From: Bacteroidota bacterium | Lineage (GTDB): Bacteria > Bacteroidota > Bacteroidia > 2-12-FULL-35-15 | Assembly: GCA_947466965.1 (NCBI GenBank) | Contig: CANIFU010000003.1 | Span: 23,151-87,150 of the forward strand | Direction: 5' to 3' | DNA length: 64,000 bases | Shown: positions 36,114 to 46,586 of the stretch, piece by piece | Position numbering within the stretch: the stretch's first letter is position 1 | Layout: every line of letters begins with the position of its first letter | Position numbers and translations under genes: made by a program | The notes under the pieces: model-generated | What the model was told of the DNA's origin: nothing | Databases searched by the model: none | The model's input: only the letters and a program-made list of their open reading frames with translations

Positions 36114-38972
36114 TTAACGGTATTCTTCTTTTAAAAATTTTGCTGTATAGCTTATTTTGTTTTTGATAATTTCTATTGGTGTACCCTGACATAAAATTTC
36201 GCCTCCTGCATTTCCTCCTTCAATTCCTATATCAATTATATGATCAGCTACTTTGATAATATCCATATTATGTTCAATGACTAAAACTGAATTACCATTA
36301 TCAACCAGTTTGTTTAATACTTCCAATAAAATGCGGATGTCTTCAAAATGCAATCCTGTTGTAGGTTCATCCAAAATATAAAAAGTATTTCCAGTATCTC
36401 TTTTTGATAATTCGGTTGCAAGTTTAACGCGTTGAGCTTCCCCTCCTGATAATGTAGTGCTTTGTTGTCCCAGTGTAATATAACCTAATCCTACATCTTT
36501 TAATGTTCTTATTTTTTGAATAATAGATGGAATACTACTAAAAAATTCAACTGCATTATCAATAGTCATATTTAAAACATCGCTAATTGATTTTCCCTTA
36601 AATCTGATTTCTAATGTTTCTTTATTGTATCTTTTACCATTACACGTTTCACATTTAACATAAACATCAGGCAGGAAATTCATTTCTATTGTTCTTAATC
36701 CAGCACCTTGACATGTTTCGCATCGTCCTCCCTTAACATTGAATGAAAATCTTCCAGGTTTATATCCACGTATCTTGGCTTCAGGAATTTCGGCAAACAA
36801 GGTTCTTATGTCTGAAAATACATTGGTGTATGTTGCGGGATTACTTCGTGGAGTTCTGCCAATAGGAGATTGGTCGATATCAATTACCTTATCGATGTAT
36901 TCCAATCCTGATATTGATTTGTAAGGCATTGGTTTCTTTTCAGAACGATAAAAATGTTTATTCAATATCGGGTAAAGAGTTTCATTTATGAGTGTTGATT
37001 TACCACTTCCGGATACACCGGTTACACAAATTAATTTTCCTAGTGGAAATTCTACAGAAACATCTTTTAAGTTATTTCCTTTAGCACCTTTTAATACAAG
37101 TGATTTACCATTTCCTTTTCTGTATACTTTTGGAATAGCAATTTCTTTTATTCCATTAATATAGTCTGAAGTAAGGGTATGAAATTTTAAAATTTCTGAT
37201 GGTGTTCCTTGTGCAATTATTTTACCACCGTGAATACCTGCTGCTGGACCTACATCAATTACGTGATCTGCAGCTAGTATCATTTCCTTGTCGTGTTCAA
37301 CAACAATTACTGAATTGCCGATATCTCTCAGGTTTTTTAGTGCGTTTATTAAACGAACATTATCGCGTTGATGTAATCCAATGCTAGGTTCATCCAAAAT
37401 ATACAAAACTCCAACAAGTTGAGAGCCTATTTGTGTTGCTAACCGAATACGTTGTGCTTCACCTCCGGAGAGTGATCTTGAACTTCTGTTCAGTGAAAGG
37501 TAATCCAAGCCAACATCCAATAAAAAAGTGATTCGTGTTCTTATTTCTTTTAGAACTTCTTTGGCAATTGTATTTTGTTTTGAGGTTAATCGCGCTTCTA
37601 TATTTTTAAACCATTTATTTAATTCAATAATACCCATTTCGGATAGTTCTGCAATATTTTTATTGTCGATTTTAAAGTGAAGTGATTCTTTCTTTAATTT
37701 TGTTCCACTACATTTTGAACAAGTTACTTTATTCATAAATCCTTGAATCCATTTCTCTGTTGTAGGTGAACTTTGTTCATCGTTTTGTTTGATGATAAAG
37801 TTTGCAATGCCTTCAAATGCTAAACTGTAACTCGTTGCCGCACTGTCGGTATATTGTTTGATTTTAAATACTTCATCAGATCCGAACAGTATCGTGTTCA
37901 TCGCTTCATCAGAAATATCTTCAATCGGAGAATCAAGTGTAAATCCATATTTATCACCTATGGCTTCTAATTGTTTGAATATCCATGTAGATTTATATGC
38001 TCCAATGGGAGCAATTGCTCCTTTTCGTATGGTTGATTTTTTATCTGGAATAATTTTGTTGATGTCCACTTCCGAAATCATTCCAAGTCCTGTACAAACA
38101 GGACATGCCCCATAAGGTGAATTGAAGGAAAATAAATTTGGTTGAGGTTCATCATACGAAATACCAGAAGTCGGACACATTAAATGCCTGCTATAATATT
38201 CTACTTTTCCGTATTCTTCTTCCAGTTTTCCCGACTTAAAAGGTTGAACCATACTGATTCCTTTTCCTTGTTTCATAGCCAGTTGTATAGATTCTGATAT
38301 GCGTGGACGGGCATCAGCATTTACTTCCAGGCGGTCAATTACAATCTCAATGTCGTGAACTTTGTAGCGGTCAAGTTGAATACGGCTTGTTAATTCAACA
38401 ACTTTCCCATCAATTCGAACCCGAAGATACCCCCACTTTTTTATTTGTTCAAATAATTCGCGATAGTGACCTTTTCTCCCTTTTACTACCGGTGCTAGTA
38501 GTACTATTTTTTCTCCTTGAAATTTTTCCAGAATCAAATGAATGATTTGATCATCGGAATAACGAACCATTTTTTCTCCTGTTACATAGGAATAAGCATC
38601 CGAAGTTCTTGCATATAACAATCGCAAAAAATCATAGATTTCTGTAATTGTTCCAACTGTTGATCTGGGATTTTTATTGACTGTTTTCTGTTCTATAGCA
38701 ATAACAGGGCTTAATCCTGTTATCTTGTCAACATCTGGCCGTTCCATGTTTCCAAGAAATTGTCGGGCATATGCTGAAAAACTTTCTATATATCTTCTTT
38801 GGCCCTCAGCATAAATTGTATCAAAAGCAAGAGATGATTTTCCACTGCCGCTTAAACCGGTAATAACTACTAATTTGTTTCGTGGAATGGTTACATCAAT
38901 ATTCTTAAGATTGTGCGCTCGTGCTCCAATAACTTCCAGGTAATCTATTTCACTATTACTTGCACTAGACAT
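36114..38972 (-). CDS. uvrA: Excinuclease ABC subunit A
   Basis: [23 protein letters not shown], two ABC modules (LSGGEAQR twice), Zn fingers, GVSGSGKST. Confidence 0.97.
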   Translation of the reverse strand: MSSASNSEIDYLEVIGARAHNLKNIDVTIPRNKLVVITGLSGSGKSSLAFDTIYAEGQRRYIESFSAYARQFLGNMERPDVDKITGLSPVIAIEQKTVNKNPRSTVGTITEIYDFLRLLYARTSDAYSYVTGEKMVRYSDDQIIHLILEKFQGEKIVLLAPVVKGRKGHYRELFEQIKKWGYLRVRIDGKVVELTSRIQLDRYKVHDIEIVIDRLEVNADARPRISESIQLAMKQGKGISMVQPFKSGKLEEEYGKVEYYSRHLMCPTSGISYDEPQPNLFSFNSPYGACPVCTGLGMISEVDINKIIPDKKSTIRKGAIAPIGAYKSTWIFKQLEAIGDKYGFTLDSPIEDISDEAMNTILFGSDEVFKIKQYTDSAATSYSLAFEGIANFIIKQNDEQSSPTTEKWIQGFMNKVTCSKCSGTKLKKESLHFKIDNKNIAELSEMGIIELNKWFKNIEARLTSKQNTIAKEVLKEIRTRITFLLDVGLDYLSLNRSSRSLSGGEAQRIRLATQIGSQLVGVLYILDEPSIGLHQRDNVRLINALKNLRDIGNSVIVVEHDKEMILAADHVIDVGPAAGIHGGKIIAQGTPSEILKFHTLTSDYINGIKEIAIPKVYRKGNGKSLVLKGAKGNNLKDVSVEFPLGKLICVTGVSGSGKSTLINETLYPILNKHFYRSEKKPMPYKSISGLEYIDKVIDIDQSPIGRTPRSNPATYTNVFSDIRTLFAEIPEAKIRGYKPGRFSFNVKGGRCETCQGAGLRTIEMNFLPDVYVKCETCNGKRYNKETLEIRFKGKSISDVLNMTIDNAVEFFSSIPSIIQKIRTLKDVGLGYITLGQQSTTLSGGEAQRVKLATELSKRDTGNTFYILDEPTTGLHFEDIRILLEVLNKLVDNGNSVLVIEHNMDIIKVADHIIDIGIEGGNAGGEILCQGTPIEIIKNKISYTAKFLKEEYR

Positions 38973-39158
38973 TCAGTTGGTATTTATTATTCTATTTTGT
39001 AAGATATTCACTTTTACAAATGTAAGGAACAATCAATTAAGTACAAGTTGATTACATTAATTTAATGGAGAATATTTTCTATTGTTGGTTTTGATTGAAA
39101 TGGAATTGGTGAAAGGATTTTCCAAGGAAAAATAATTAAAAAATAATAAAGAACATTT

Positions 39159-40241
39159 TTATTCTTTTACAGGTGTTTTTATTTTTAATGAGTCTGTTAC
39201 TATTGGAATTGTTGATATTAAATTTACAGAATCCTTTGGTATTAACTTACTACTGTCATCATAATTTCCATCCATATCGTATATATTTATGCTTCCTATA
39301 GGGATTTCAATAATATATTTTTTTTTACTTTCGTTGTTTAGCGAATTTGATCTTAGCCATGGATTGAATAGTTTTAAAATTTTGTAATTTACTCCTTGTG
39401 CAATTGCAAAATCGGCTAAATTATGAATGGTTGTATCAAGAGTAACATTTTTTTTGTTCAACGTTGGATAAAGGTCTTTTTTTCGAAGGAGGTATCCATA
39501 GACTTTTGGTCGAGAAATTATTTCTTTCATTGCAAGTATACGATATACATATCTTGCTGTTTCTTCTGTTAAAGCTAAATCGTAATAACTTTTCACTTTT
39601 TGTTTATCTAATTGTATTTTTAATCCCCCCATTCCTAAATTATAGGATGCAGCTACTAATGTCCAATTATTAAAAATTTTGTATGCTTCTTTAAAATATT
39701 TACAGGCAGCTTCTGTTGATTTTACGACATGATATCGTTCATCTACCTCTTCATTTATTTCCAATCCGTAGTTTGTTGCTGTGGATTCAATGATTTGCCA
39801 AAAGCCAGTTGCACCTTGAGGAGATATTACATTTGTTAATTGACTTTCTATTAAAGCGATATATTTAAAATCGTCAGGAATATCATTTTTTTTAAGGATC
39901 GGTTCTATAATAGGAAACCATCGGCTTACACGCTTGTGTAATAATAGGGTTTGAGATTGCCAATAGGTGTTAATAACAAGTTCTTTTTCTGCAGATTCTT
40001 TCACACTAAAATCTGTGATGGGTGTTTTTTCACCTGCAAAATTTAAATTTTTAGGTACACGAATACTAAATGTTTTATAACTAGCATTAAAGTAATCCTC
40101 GTAATCGGAGTCGGATAAATTGTCGGATAAAGAGTATGAAAATAGTTTAACGATGCTTATTAAAAGAAGGGCAGTAGCAAATGCAACGAAGAATTTTTTT
40201 GAAGATTTTAAAAAAATAAGTATGTTTTTTAAAGCTTTCAT
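39159..40241 (-). CDS. Lytic transglycosylase (SLT, MltD-like)
   Basis: ALIES catalytic Glu, GATGFWQ, YGL.I...VDER, AASYNLG, EETARYV; N-terminal membrane anchor. Confidence 0.88.
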   Translation of the reverse strand: MKALKNILIFLKSSKKFFVAFATALLLISIVKLFSYSLSDNLSDSDYEDYFNASYKTFSIRVPKNLNFAGEKTPITDFSVKESAEKELVINTYWQSQTLLLHKRVSRWFPIIEPILKKNDIPDDFKYIALIESQLTNVISPQGATGFWQIIESTATNYGLEINEEVDERYHVVKSTEAACKYFKEAYKIFNNWTLVAASYNLGMGGLKIQLDKQKVKSYYDLALTEETARYVYRILAMKEIISRPKVYGYLLRKKDLYPTLNKKNVTLDTTIHNLADFAIAQGVNYKILKLFNPWLRSNSLNNESKKKYIIEIPIGSINIYDMDGNYDDSSKLIPKDSVNLISTIPIVTDSLKIKTPVKE

Positions 40242-41311
40242 TTATTAATATTTCTTAAAGTAGGAATGTAAAGAAATCGGAATAAAAGAAGAAAATAAAT
40301 GGAAAATAAAATGATGTGAATATAACTCCAATCTTTAATATATGTTATTATTAAGAAGTTAAAAAACATCGAAACAAAAGCAATCCCTGCATACATCAAT
40401 GCAATTCTTTTTTCTGTAACTCCACTAAAAAAGAAGCTATGCGTTGTGTGGTCTTTCCCACCAATAAATGGAGACTTTCCGCTTCTCAAACGATTTATAA
40501 CAACAGCTGTGGTATCAATAATTGGAATCGCGAAAGTTAAAATTGTTACAAAAAATTGTTTAGATTGAATCAGGTTGCCATTTACATCTGGAGTATTCCA
40601 GAAGTATTTTATTCCCATTGCAGCAAGGAATAGGCCTAAAAACTGACTTCCGGTATCTCCCATAAACATTTTAGAAGGGTGCCAATTGTAGAACAAAAAT
40701 CCAATTAATGCCGCCATAATTCCTATTAAGATAGTCGTATTAATACTATGTCCGCTTTTATTAATATAAATGATAAATAAAGCACTCATAATAATTGAAA
40801 TAGAAACAATTGTTGTAATTGCATCCATATTATCGAGCATATTTATTGAGTTCATTAGGGCTACTATCCAGAATAAAGACAATGCATAGTTGAAATAAAT
40901 ATTGGAAAAGATTGAAATATAGGTTCCTGTTGAAATTAAAATCAGGGCGCAGCAAATTTGAATTGTAAGTTTTAATAATGGTCTGGTATTGTAAGCATCA
41001 TCAGATAAGCCAAGCAAAAAAGCAAGTGTACATGCTGCAAGAAGGCCTAGTATTTGTTTGTTTATTAAAACGCTTGTTTGTTCAAAAAACATAGAATAAC
41101 AAGTTATGGAAATGAGGAAAATTAAATAAAATGAAATTCCACCTAATGATGGTTTTGCAGCTGGGCTCCATCGTATAATAGATTCCGTTTTATTTCTGAT
41201 TCCCCAATTAGATGCAAATTTCAAAAACAATCTATTTATCAAAAATGATAATAGAACGGTACCCAAAAAATAGGACGAATAGATTATAAATAAGTTAATA
41301 CTATGTTTCAT
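40238..41311 (-). CDS. wecA: MraY/WecA-family polyprenyl-phosphate HexNAc-1-phosphate transferase
   Basis: P.LGG, GLSDD, NSINMLDNMD, YNWHPSKMFMGDTGS, PIIDT, DHTTH; multi-TM. Confidence 0.85.
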   Translation of the reverse strand: MKHSINLFIIYSSYFLGTVLLSFLINRLFLKFASNWGIRNKTESIIRWSPAAKPSLGGISFYLIFLISITCYSMFFEQTSVLINKQILGLLAACTLAFLLGLSDDAYNTRPLLKLTIQICCALILISTGTYISIFSNIYFNYALSLFWIVALMNSINMLDNMDAITTIVSISIIMSALFIIYINKSGHSINTTILIGIMAALIGFLFYNWHPSKMFMGDTGSQFLGLFLAAMGIKYFWNTPDVNGNLIQSKQFFVTILTFAIPIIDTTAVVINRLRSGKSPFIGGKDHTTHSFFFSGVTEKRIALMYAGIAFVSMFFNFLIITYIKDWSYIHIILFSIYFLLLFRFLYIPTLRNINK

Positions 41312-41390
41312 AATAAAGAATAAGAAATTATTTTTAATTCTATAATCAATATTTTTACGAAGTATATTTTTTTTCGATCAATTTTAAAAT

Positions 41391-41933
41391 TCAAAACATA
41401 CTCTGGAAGTCTTTAAACGTGTTCGATTTTTTATCTTTTTCTGAAAGTATTGGATCAGTTAATCCCCAATTAATTCCAATTGTAGGATCATTCCAGATGA
41501 TACTCTTTTCTGAGTCCTTGTTGTAAACGTTTGAACATTTGTAAGAAAATATTGTCTCATTTGAAAGTGTTAAAAATCCATGCGCAAAGCCCGGAGGAAT
41601 CCAAAGCATTTTTTTATTTTTTTCATTCAATTCGATATCAAAATATTTTCCATATGTTTCAGACGTTTTTCTCAAATCAACAGCCACATCTAATATTGCA
41701 CCTTTAATAGCACGAACTAATTTACCTTGTGCAAATGGCGGATTTTGAAAATGTAGCCCTCTTAAAACACCTTTTCCTGAAAGGGATTGATTATCCTGAA
41801 CAAAATCAGCAAAAATGCCGTAATTTTCGAATGCTATTTTACTATATGATTCATAAAAATATCCTCTATCATCTTCAAAAATTTTTGGTTGAATGATCAA
41901 TAAGTCAGGAATTGGAGTAGTAATAAATTCCAT
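41391..41933 (-). CDS. rfbC: dTDP-4-dehydrorhamnose 3,5-epimerase
   Basis: DDRGYFYE, FVQDNQS, GVLRGLHFQ, QGKLVR, IPPGFAHGF, ILSEKD. Confidence 0.95.
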   Translation of the reverse strand: MEFITTPIPDLLIIQPKIFEDDRGYFYESYSKIAFENYGIFADFVQDNQSLSGKGVLRGLHFQNPPFAQGKLVRAIKGAILDVAVDLRKTSETYGKYFDIELNEKNKKMLWIPPGFAHGFLTLSNETIFSYKCSNVYNKDSEKSIIWNDPTIGINWGLTDPILSEKDKKSNTFKDFQSMF

Positions 41934-41944
41934 AAGTAATAGTA

Positions 41945-44386
41945 TTATTTTTTAAAAAAAGATTTTTTTGTAATAGTTTTTGTTCCTTCATCATAATACC
42001 CGTATCCGTATCCGTATCCGTATCCGTATCCATACCCGTAATTATATCCATAGCTTTTGCGTTCGATGTCTACACCGTTTAGAATTACAGATAGTTTTTT
42101 TATATTCACTTCATTGAATAGTCTATCCACGTTCTGGATGAAGTTACGTTTAGAATATTCAGATCTGAAAATATAAATGGGATAATCAGCTTTTTGAATC
42201 ATTGATATACCATCACTTACTAATCCAACAGGAGGGTTATCAATAATAATAACATCATAAATTGTTTTAAGATGAGCAAGTATTTCATCCATTTTAACGC
42301 TGATGATTAACTCTGAAGGATTGGGAGGTATTGGTCCTGCAGTTATGAAGTCAAGGTTCTCTAAATTACTTTGTTGAACTGCTTCATTTATTTCACCTTT
42401 CCCAATGAGTAAGGTGCTCATTCCTTTCGAATTGGGTGCATTAAAACCTATATGAATTTTGGGTTTGCGCATGTCCAAATCGATAATAACTACTTTCTTT
42501 CCTGAAAAGGCAATGATACCACCCAGATTAATTGCAACAAAGGTTTTTCCTTCACCGGAAATAGTAGATGTTAAAGCAATTGTTTTGGGTCCGGGGGTAT
42601 TTGAAATAAACTGTAAGTTAGTTCTTACGGATCTGAATGCCTCGGCAATAAGTGATTTAGGACTTTTGTCAACTAATAGTTGTGAAACCGGAATAGCTTG
42701 CGTACATTTTGGAATGATTCCCAAAATGCTGATAGATGCATTTGTATATTTTGTTATTTCGTTTAATGAATTAATTTCATTGTGAGACAAATAGCGGAAA
42801 AGAATCAAGAATAAACTTAATAAAAAGGCTACTAAAAGATAAGATATATAAGTTATTTTTCTGTTAGGAGAAACTGGGCTTCGAGGACTGTCAGCCTTTT
42901 CAAGGATAATATTTTGAGAAACAAAACCGGCTTTGGAAATTGAAAATTCGGTCTTTTTTTCTAAAAGTAGCGTGTAATATTTTTCACGAATAGAGAACAA
43001 TCGCTGTAGGCGGGAATATTCAATTTCATTTATTGGAAGTTTAAATGTTTCTGCAAATTGCACTGCTTTTTTTTGAAGTTCCTGTTTTCGTATCTTTTGG
43101 TTAACGCGAACAGATTTGATACTTTCTTTTAACAATTTTTTCTGAATATCAATTTGAAAATCGATGGCTTTAATCGCTTCACTGCTGGGGGTAACTTGAT
43201 AAAGCATTTCTTCTTTTTGAATGAGTAAACGGTGCAATTCTGAGATAACATCGCTTGTGTTTTTTTCTGTCTCAGTTCCTGCAAGCATCGCTAATAAATT
43301 GTAGGAATCAATGCTTTTTGATGTGTTAATGTCATTTTCTATTTTATTTAAAATATTTTCTTCTAGTTCTAGAGCAATTATCTTGTCCTCCAGGCCGTTC
43401 AACCGAATTGTGTTCGTGTTCTTCAAATCAGGATCTTCGCTAACTTTATTATCTTTTTTAAAAAGCTGTATTGAGTTTTCAGATGCTTTTAATTGTTCAT
43501 AAACAACATCTAATTGTTTGTCGATAAATTCGATAACACTTTTTGAGCTTTCTCCTTTTCGTTCGATATCAAAAAATTTGTATTCTTCTGTCATTGAAGT
43601 AACAATATCGTTAGCTTTTTGAGGATTGAGATCTTTAAACGAAATTGAAATTGTTTTTGCTTCCTCATTGAGTAATTTAACTTCAAGAAAAGAAAAGTAA
43701 TTATTAACTAATGAGTTTGTATCGTTGATTGTGAAATAATATGCATTTTCTTTAACTGAATTTTGTTGCCTCTGAATATCTGAATAATTATTAATTAATA
43801 TTTTAAGGTCACATTGAGGAAGGTGAAGCCATTTGCCTGCTGAGAAGTTCTCAGAATATTTTTTTCCGTCTTTTATGAAATTTATTTCTCCGCTTGAAAC
43901 ACTGTTTACTGATACATAAATTTTTGTACCTAAAATAGAATTGTCTTTGTAATTTATTTCAACTTTAAACGGAGAGCTGGTGTATAATTCATTATTTAAT
44001 AAGGTTCCTTCTGAATAATAACCAATAGATAGGGGCAATTTTGATAATACACGTTTTAGGAACACTTTTGACCGGAGAAGTTCAACTGCTTCAGCTAATC
44101 CATTGGTGTTTTCTACGCCATAAAGATTTTCTACATTCAATAATTTATTTGCCTGATTACTAGTTTGTACTTGAATTACACTGGATGATTCAAATACAGG
44201 TGGCGTATATCGGAGATATAATTTTGCAGCTACAAATGCGAATAGAAAAAATAAGAAAATCCAGATCAGGCTTTTTTTTGCAATAAATAAAAATAATCCC
44301 AATTCAAATTCACCGCTAAAGTTTGAGATCCGCTCTTTGTAGCGATCAAAATTATCGTTTGTTTTTGATATGTCTTCCTGTAGCAT
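41945..44386 (-). CDS. wzc: Polysaccharide co-polymerase / BY-kinase
   Basis: Two TM segments flanking a coiled coil; EAFRSVRTNL; Walker A TSTISGEGKT; IDLDMRKP; PPNPSEL; IIDNPP; C-terminal Tyr cluster. ATG 44386 is a more likely start than 44446. Confidence 0.9.
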   Translation of the reverse strand: MLQEDISKTNDNFDRYKERISNFSGEFELGLFLFIAKKSLIWIFLFFLFAFVAAKLYLRYTPPVFESSSVIQVQTSNQANKLLNVENLYGVENTNGLAEAVELLRSKVFLKRVLSKLPLSIGYYSEGTLLNNELYTSSPFKVEINYKDNSILGTKIYVSVNSVSSGEINFIKDGKKYSENFSAGKWLHLPQCDLKILINNYSDIQRQQNSVKENAYYFTINDTNSLVNNYFSFLEVKLLNEEAKTISISFKDLNPQKANDIVTSMTEEYKFFDIERKGESSKSVIEFIDKQLDVVYEQLKASENSIQLFKKDNKVSEDPDLKNTNTIRLNGLEDKIIALELEENILNKIENDINTSKSIDSYNLLAMLAGTETEKNTSDVISELHRLLIQKEEMLYQVTPSSEAIKAIDFQIDIQKKLLKESIKSVRVNQKIRKQELQKKAVQFAETFKLPINEIEYSRLQRLFSIREKYYTLLLEKKTEFSISKAGFVSQNIILEKADSPRSPVSPNRKITYISYLLVAFLLSLFLILFRYLSHNEINSLNEITKYTNASISILGIIPKCTQAIPVSQLLVDKSPKSLIAEAFRSVRTNLQFISNTPGPKTIALTSTISGEGKTFVAINLGGIIAFSGKKVVIIDLDMRKPKIHIGFNAPNSKGMSTLLIGKGEINEAVQQSNLENLDFITAGPIPPNPSELIISVKMDEILAHLKTIYDVIIIDNPPVGLVSDGISMIQKADYPIYIFRSEYSKRNFIQNVDRLFNEVNIKKLSVILNGVDIERKSYGYNYGYGYGYGYGYGYGYYDEGTKTITKKSFFKK
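42000..42029. repeat. (CCGTAT)5 in-frame hexamer repeat encoding (YG)n in the Wzc Tyr cluster
   Basis: Five perfect CCGTAT units read directly from the sequence. Confidence 0.9.
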
Positions 44387-44405
44387 TTTCTTTTCAGGAT
44401 TGGGT

Positions 44406-45173
44406 TTATTTACTAGATAATGCGCTCGTATACGTAATAAGAACAAAGATGCTTGTTAAAATACTAACAATTGGTGCAACCTCCTGTATGAATCTGCTAG
44501 CATATTTTTTTCTAGGCTCAACATAAATGATGTCGTTCGCTTGTAAGACCATGCTACCTTGCTTAATTCCCTCAATTTTTGAAAGGTCAATCAGAAAAAT
44601 ATCATGTTTGTCGTTGTTTTGACGAATCAATTTTACCATTTTGGCTTTTCCATCATCTGCAATCCCTCCAGCTAGCGCTATTGCTTCAATTAAAGTCGTG
44701 TTGTTGTTTTGAAGTGGTATAACTTTAGCATCTCCTGCACTTCCTGGAAATACAATAACACGTTTATTTGATACAGACATAATTACATATGGTCTAACAT
44801 AGAAACTAGCATACTTTTCTTCTAACAAACTTTCTGCTTCTCTAATCGTATATCCGATTAGTTTCATCCTCCCTAGCACCGGTAGTTTAACTGTACCATC
44901 TGATTCTACTAAATATTGAATATCGGTTTCGAAGCGATAACCAACATTCGCGGAATTTAAGGATGTTAAATCAACCAATTTAAATCCGTCATTTGAATAC
45001 ATGCTAAATTCCAAAATATCATTTGGAGATATTTTATAATTTGAAGCCTTCGAGGAATCAGGATTTTGAGAATATTTATATTCCTTTCCTGTTTTCAACA
45101 TAATGCTGGGATTGATCCATCCGCAACTGGATAAAAACAAGACTATTCCAACTAAAAAGAGAAGTTTACGCAT
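44406..45173 (-). CDS. wza: Polysaccharide export lipoprotein (Wza/Poly_export)
   Basis: Lipobox LSSC; YKISPNDIL; DGTVKLPVLG; SLBB domain TLIEAIALAGG; LQANDIIYVEP. Confidence 0.88.
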   Translation of the reverse strand: MRKLLFLVGIVLFLSSCGWINPSIMLKTGKEYKYSQNPDSSKASNYKISPNDILEFSMYSNDGFKLVDLTSLNSANVGYRFETDIQYLVESDGTVKLPVLGRMKLIGYTIREAESLLEEKYASFYVRPYVIMSVSNKRVIVFPGSAGDAKVIPLQNNNTTLIEAIALAGGIADDGKAKMVKLIRQNNDKHDIFLIDLSKIEGIKQGSMVLQANDIIYVEPRKKYASRFIQEVAPIVSILTSIFVLITYTSALSSK

Positions 45174-45197
45174 ATAGGTTTATTGTTTTGTAACATA

Positions 45198-45205
45198 CAA
45201 AGTTA
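45198..45205 (-). promoter_or_regulatory. -7 box upstream of wza (TAACTTTG)
   Basis: TAnnTTTG consensus ~25 nt before the wza ATG. Confidence 0.55.
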
Positions 45206-45321
45206 AAAAATATTCTGTAACTGCTATTTACTTTCAAGTATAAAAGAAAATGCCTCTAAATGGCATGCTTAGGTTGAATTGTTTCTACAGATAAGTTTCT
45301 AATCATACTGTTAAAAGCTTT

Positions 45322-46512
45322 TTACTGGTTTTTTAGAAGTTCTTTGTACAGTTGTTCCATATCTTTTACTAAGCGGGTGAAATGAAATGTATCTTTTACA
45401 TGGTTCCAACCTTTTTCTGACATCGAATTACGCATATTTTCATCTTCAACCATGCGTAAAAGACCTTCAGAAAATTGTGTTAAATGATTATTCTCACAAA
45501 GTAAGGCTGTTTCATTTTCAATTACTACATTTTTTATTCCTCCAACATTGGTTGCAACAATCGGTTTATTTGCAGCTTGTGCTTCGATCAAACTAACTGG
45601 TGTTCCTTCATTGAAGGATGTTAATGCAATAATATCGCTTCCTGCCAAAACCACATCTATTTCTTGTATCCACGATGTGAATGTTAAAAGTGTATTTTCC
45701 TTCGTATTGCTTCCATCAACAAAATTTATATTCAACTCCGTTGCCTTCATTTCAATTTTTTGACGACCTTCTCCATCACCCACTATAAATCCCCGAATTT
45801 TTTTTCTTGTTTTTAATGAAACAATTTTTAATGCCTCTAAAAATAAAGCATGATTTTTTACCGGAACCAATCTGCCTATAATTGAAATTGCAATTTCATC
45901 TTCAGCTAAGTTATATTTTGTTCGAAAAGATTTTCTCTTCTCTTCCATATTTTCATTAAATTTTGAAAGATCAAATCCTAATGGAATAACGAAGACTTTC
46001 TGTGCAGTACAAATTTTATGTATTTCTACTAATTCTTTTTTTTGAATTTCACTTATTGCAATAATTGCGGTTGATTTTTTTGCCAGATATCGTTCTATGT
46101 TTTTATAAAAACTGGTTTTAAATTTACCAAAATAGGAGTGAAAAATATGCCCGTGAAAAGTATGCACAACTATTGGTACACCACAGGATGCTGCTGCAAG
46201 TCGGCCTAATGTTCCCGCTTTTGAAGCATGCGTATGAACGATGTCGGGTTTGAATTCGCGGATTATCTTTTTTAATTTCCTATATGCAATAAAATCATTT
46301 TTAATATCAATTTCACGAAACATTTCCTCCACAATTACAGGTTTTAATCCAAGATTTTCAAGGATAAAACTTGAACTTTCTTCTGTAATATCTTTTGCTC
46401 CTCCAATTAATAAAGTTTCAAACTCCTCCGACATATATTTACTTAAATAAGCAACATTGTAGGTTGGGCCTCCAAGATTAAACCGATTAATGATACGTAA
46501 TACTTTCGTCAT
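45322..46512 (-). CDS. GT4-family glycosyltransferase
   Basis: NLGGP, PDIVHTHASKAG, HTFHGH, GRLVPVK, TSFNEGTPVSLIEA, TNVGG. Confidence 0.92.
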   Translation of the reverse strand: MTKVLRIINRFNLGGPTYNVAYLSKYMSEEFETLLIGGAKDITEESSSFILENLGLKPVIVEEMFREIDIKNDFIAYRKLKKIIREFKPDIVHTHASKAGTLGRLAAASCGVPIVVHTFHGHIFHSYFGKFKTSFYKNIERYLAKKSTAIIAISEIQKKELVEIHKICTAQKVFVIPLGFDLSKFNENMEEKRKSFRTKYNLAEDEIAISIIGRLVPVKNHALFLEALKIVSLKTRKKIRGFIVGDGEGRQKIEMKATELNINFVDGSNTKENTLLTFTSWIQEIDVVLAGSDIIALTSFNEGTPVSLIEAQAANKPIVATNVGGIKNVVIENETALLCENNHLTQFSEGLLRMVEDENMRNSMSEKGWNHVKDTFHFTRLVKDMEQLYKELLKNQ

Positions 46513-46586
46513 AAAATTTAATTAATAAGACAAAATAGGTAGACTGGTTTTATTTTCTAATGCTGATAACAGTGAGGATTTTTTTA

